Source: Neoconidiobolus thromboides FSU 785 (taxonomy: Eukaryota > Fungi > Entomophthoromycota). Taken from it: a DNA stretch of 64,000 nt. The notes beneath the pieces are model-generated. The model was not told the origin of the DNA, searched no databases, and saw only the letters and a program-made list of their open reading frames with translations. The DNA lies in the NCBI GenBank assembly GCA_025603075.1, contig MU626341.1:25153-89152 (forward strand). The letters are read 5' to 3'. The translations under genes and the position numbers were made by a program. Below are positions 61,081 through 64,000 of this stretch, piece by piece. The stretch's first letter is position 1, and each line of letters opens with the position of its first letter.

Positions 61081-62229
61081 ATGTACATTATGAACATTAT
61101 GGATTCACTTGGAAACAAAGTATTACAACAAAGTGCAACAGATGAATCTGATATTGGAGGAATTAAAGTCACCGAGGTAAATGAATTCAATGACGGTGGC
61201 AACTTGGAATTCCCATTGCAATATAAAGGGGAAGATCTACTTGATAAAACCAGAAAAAAGTTTGTTAAGTTAGTCAAAACGCATTTTATAACTAATAAGA
61301 AATGGGTAAAAAAATTGTGTAAAATATTCAAGTTTGAACCAACAAATAATGTCAAAAGTGGTTCCACCCACTCAAATGATATGTCAAACAATAATTTTGG
61401 GTTGGCTTTATTCTTGATGTCTACTGGCGAATACGGTACTTTAGATACTGATGATGCGGATCTATCACATGGAGATGATAACGGTTTTAATTATCAATTG
61501 TGTAATAGTTTTAAAGGAGTATGTATATGTACAAATTCTATTTGTGGTAAAAGTATAAACAATGAAGATCTAGACCAATTCATCATTGATATTAATTCAA
61601 ATACTATTTACTCAAGTGCCAGTGAGACCAGCATTATTAATAATTTAAGACAGATAATTAATAGTCAGGATTTATTGATCAAGACCTTATCCGAACAAGT
61701 TTCTAAATTAAGTCAAGACATAACTTTGGTAAATCAAAATGTTGAATATCAAAGCCGATTGCTGTGTAACTTTCAAAGTCAAACAAATATGGTAGATTGC
61801 ACTGGATATCATCAGATTTCGCCAATTAATCCGTTTTTTGATATAAGTAACAACCAATTCGATCAGATTTGGCAAAACAATCCATATAATACATTCAATA
61901 CAACCTTAAATAATCCATCTTCTGGTCTGAGCAATACTCAGGTTGATACGCTTTGCCAAAATACCTTACCTAATACATTGGATTCGATGGCAACTAACTT
62001 ATCTTCTCATATAAATAATAATCAGTTTGGGATGTACCATCAAAATAATTCCTATAGCACTATTTTTCCAACTAATCCATTTTTTGGCCCAAATAGCACA
62101 CAACTTAATGTAACTTACCAAAAAAATTCATTTGATGCATTCGATACAATGCCACTTAAACCAACTTCCCCAGGGCTCTATCTCGATAATAGCGCCCTGA
62201 GAAACATTGATAAAGGTTTCATACAATAG
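61081..62229 (+). CDS. CENP-B/pogo-derived paralog copy 3 with eroded DNA-binding domain, intact coiled coil and N/Q-rich tail
   Basis: 382-aa ORF; colinear with copy 1 but AKKYGVGRST is replaced by TDESDIGGIK and DIERKVxxWF is deleted; keeps FPLQY, NKKWVKKLCKIFKF and SIINNLRQIIN...LSEQVSKLSQ. Confidence 0.75.
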   Translation: MYIMNIMDSLGNKVLQQSATDESDIGGIKVTEVNEFNDGGNLEFPLQYKGEDLLDKTRKKFVKLVKTHFITNKKWVKKLCKIFKFEPTNNVKSGSTHSNDMSNNNFGLALFLMSTGEYGTLDTDDADLSHGDDNGFNYQLCNSFKGVCICTNSICGKSINNEDLDQFIIDINSNTIYSSASETSIINNLRQIINSQDLLIKTLSEQVSKLSQDITLVNQNVEYQSRLLCNFQSQTNMVDCTGYHQISPINPFFDISNNQFDQIWQNNPYNTFNTTLNNPSSGLSNTQVDTLCQNTLPNTLDSMATNLSSHINNNQFGMYHQNNSYSTIFPTNPFFGPNSTQLNVTYQKNSFDAFDTMPLKPTSPGLYLDNSALRNIDKGFIQ

Positions 62230-62439
62230 GAAGCAATTTTTTTAAACATATTCTATCCTTTTCCTTTTTGAGGTTATTTTTTCTCCTAAACTCTGTGCAA
62301 TATTTTTTTTACCTATAACACCTACGCAATGTAAATATTAGTCTTTTTGTATTCTCTAAGTATAGTCTACGTTGTAATAATACAAGGCTATTTGATATTA
62401 ATATTTTATTAATTATGAGTAACAATAAATGAGTGTCAT

Positions 62440-63360
62440 ATTTAGATGTTCAAGTAGTATTAGCTACTATCTTGTTTTAATTAGCTTGGCTATTTTATCA
62501 ATTTAAATTTAGGCTCATTCTTGTTTATATATTTTTTATATTTATGAAAGGTAAGAAACTCAAAATATTTTGTTTGTAAGTATAAAATATAAGATAAAAA
62601 TGAGAACAAGATAAAATAGTAAGTGGTTATGTTAGAAATGTGGAAATATTATTCAACCATATTAAGATTGGCAAGAATTCAAATTTCAGAGTAACGTCTC
62701 TTGACTTCAACAGTATATAGGGATGTATTTTTGTGTTTAAGAATTTTACTAACAAATTTTCTGCTTAAATAGTGCTTAAAAAATGGAAAAAACAATGAAG
62801 TTAAAAAAAACACTCCCGTATGTTTAGAAGGTAAGTATCCTAATTTGTAATGCTAAATCTAGACGTGAAGTATTCAAGCTAAAATAGAGGATAATAATGA
62901 ATTATTAGCAGTCAATTTTTATAATAAGATACTTATATATGATTAAATAACTCTTACTTGTTTCCTTGTTTCTCTCCAGCTTATCTGGAACTTTCAAGTA
63001 TAAATCTTAACTTTTATACATGAAAGATCGTTTTTATTAGTTCATCTTTATGGATGAATTGTCTCGGATATGCCGCCAGATCTTTATTAACTAAATCATT
63101 TGCTCTCTTTATCCACTCTTATATTTAAAATGAATGATAGTGTTACGAAAAGAATTATTTACAATTGGTGCCGTTTTAAATTTTAGAAACTAATTAACCA
63201 ACACGACTACTAAATTTCAAATGTGCGCTAGCAAACTATGAATTATATAACCAACTATTTGTAATATCATATTTACTTGAAACTTATTGATTTTGTTTTT
63301 ATTTTAGAATGAACAGTTAGCTACCATATATCCAGACTTGAATAATGTACTAGTTAACTA
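62440..63360 (+). pseudogene. Possible multi-exon gene relic, unidentified, interrupted by a MITE
   Basis: Several GTAAG...AG intron-like units; frame DKIVSGYVRNVEILFNHIK...LDFNS continues to ICLE plus a GTAAGT donor when the MITE is removed; stops elsewhere. Confidence 0.3.
62719..62817 (+). mobile_element. MITE copy
   Basis: Full-length; ATAT/GTAT flanks. Confidence 0.9.
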
Positions 63361-63606
63361 ATTTTTAAATTTAAAAAAATAGCAAAAAAGGACAATTGAT
63401 AAAAAAATATCTGTTTATATTGTATATGTACTATTCTCTATTAAAGTGAGTAGATGAATGGTATTTTTCTAGGTTTATAAAAAATTCTACCTTTATTAAA
63501 CAATTTTTCCTGATATTATGATTTTAAAGCAATGGGAAGTAATATTGTATATGTTAAAGTGTAATTCTTAATAAATATGGTTTATTACTCATACATCATC
63601 ATCATG

Positions 63607-64000
63607 CTAATGGTTATTCCAAAGCTTATAGTACTCCCCTTTAAGCTTTAAAAGATCGTCATGTGTGCCTCGTTCATGGATTTTACCATCCTTCAAACTA
63701 GATCCTATTTTAGTCATGCTTATCAAATTAAAGTAATTTAGTTACCATATAATACAATCAGCATGTTTTATGGTTGTCAGTCTATGTGCAATAATGACCA
63801 TAGTTTTCTTTTCTCTTGAGAGATTCTTTAAAGCTTTTTGCAAAAGGTTCTCTGTGATACTAAAATAATAAGGTTAACTAAGAAATTAAAGATCTTATGT
63901 TAGTTACTTATCCAATGATGAAGTAGCTTCATCAAGTATAATAACTGGTGAATCTTTTAAAAATACTCGGGCTAATAAAAGTCAATTACTATAATTTAAG
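63607..64000 (-). CDS. 3' end of an ABCB-type ABC transporter (NBD); gene extends beyond the window
   Basis: Spliced LARVFLKDSPVIILDEATSSLDNITE...MVIIAHRLTTIKHADCIICLKDGKIHERGTHDDLLKLKGEYYKLWNNH* (Walker B, D-loop, H-loop). Confidence 0.92.

Noticed and set aside
2158-61391. Opposite-strand ORFs 2158, 8653, 13912, 19395, 39046, 41889, 43868, 47857, 49765, 53864, 56904, 58062 and 60921
   Set aside because: Antisense or off-frame shadows of real genes, with no independent motifs.
805-62817. Reading the MITE as a TA-targeting Stowaway/pogo element mobilised by the HTH genes' ancestor
   Set aside because: ATAT flanks are ambiguous, but GAAT/GAAT, ACAT/ACAT, TAAT/TAAT and AAAT/AAAT show a 4-bp duplication.
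47198-62817. HTH genes as intact autonomous transposons
   Set aside because: No DDE catalytic region, and no element-length TIRs or TSDs seen around any copy.

Overview
Very AT-rich fungal nuclear DNA with short (~45-60 nt) GT-AG introns. The gene content (class A-like GPCR paralogs, F-box/LRR relics, Zn2Cys6 TF) suggests an early-diverging fungus such as Conidiobolus/Entomophthoromycotina; this is inference, not a database match. The window has three zones. (1) 1-18 kb, regulatory/accessory: a homeodomain TF, three intronless class A-like 7TM receptors and a Zn2Cys6 TF. (2) 18-44 kb, dense housekeeping block: p24, uL11m, eIF4E, YTM1, HSP20, KEX1, HEM25, BNA4, JTB-like, IND1 and HSE1. (3) 45-64 kb, repeat-rich: four paralogs of a CENP-B/pogo-derived DNA-binding gene lacking the DDE domain (two intact, one with an eroded DNA-binding domain but an open ORF, one pseudogene), an epoxide hydrolase, tRNA-Gly(TCC) and the 3' end of an ABCB transporter. 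A ~98-bp MITE family (GGG...CCC ends, 4-bp TSDs) occurs about 28 times, 18 of them in zone 3. Strongest leads: the MITE carries a complete 48-nt intron-like module (GTATTT...TACTAAC...TAG) and creates ATGs at its ends; the DDE-less HTH/coiled-coil/N-rich gene family embedded in the MITE cluster; and a KEX1 signal peptide that has only an ACG start.
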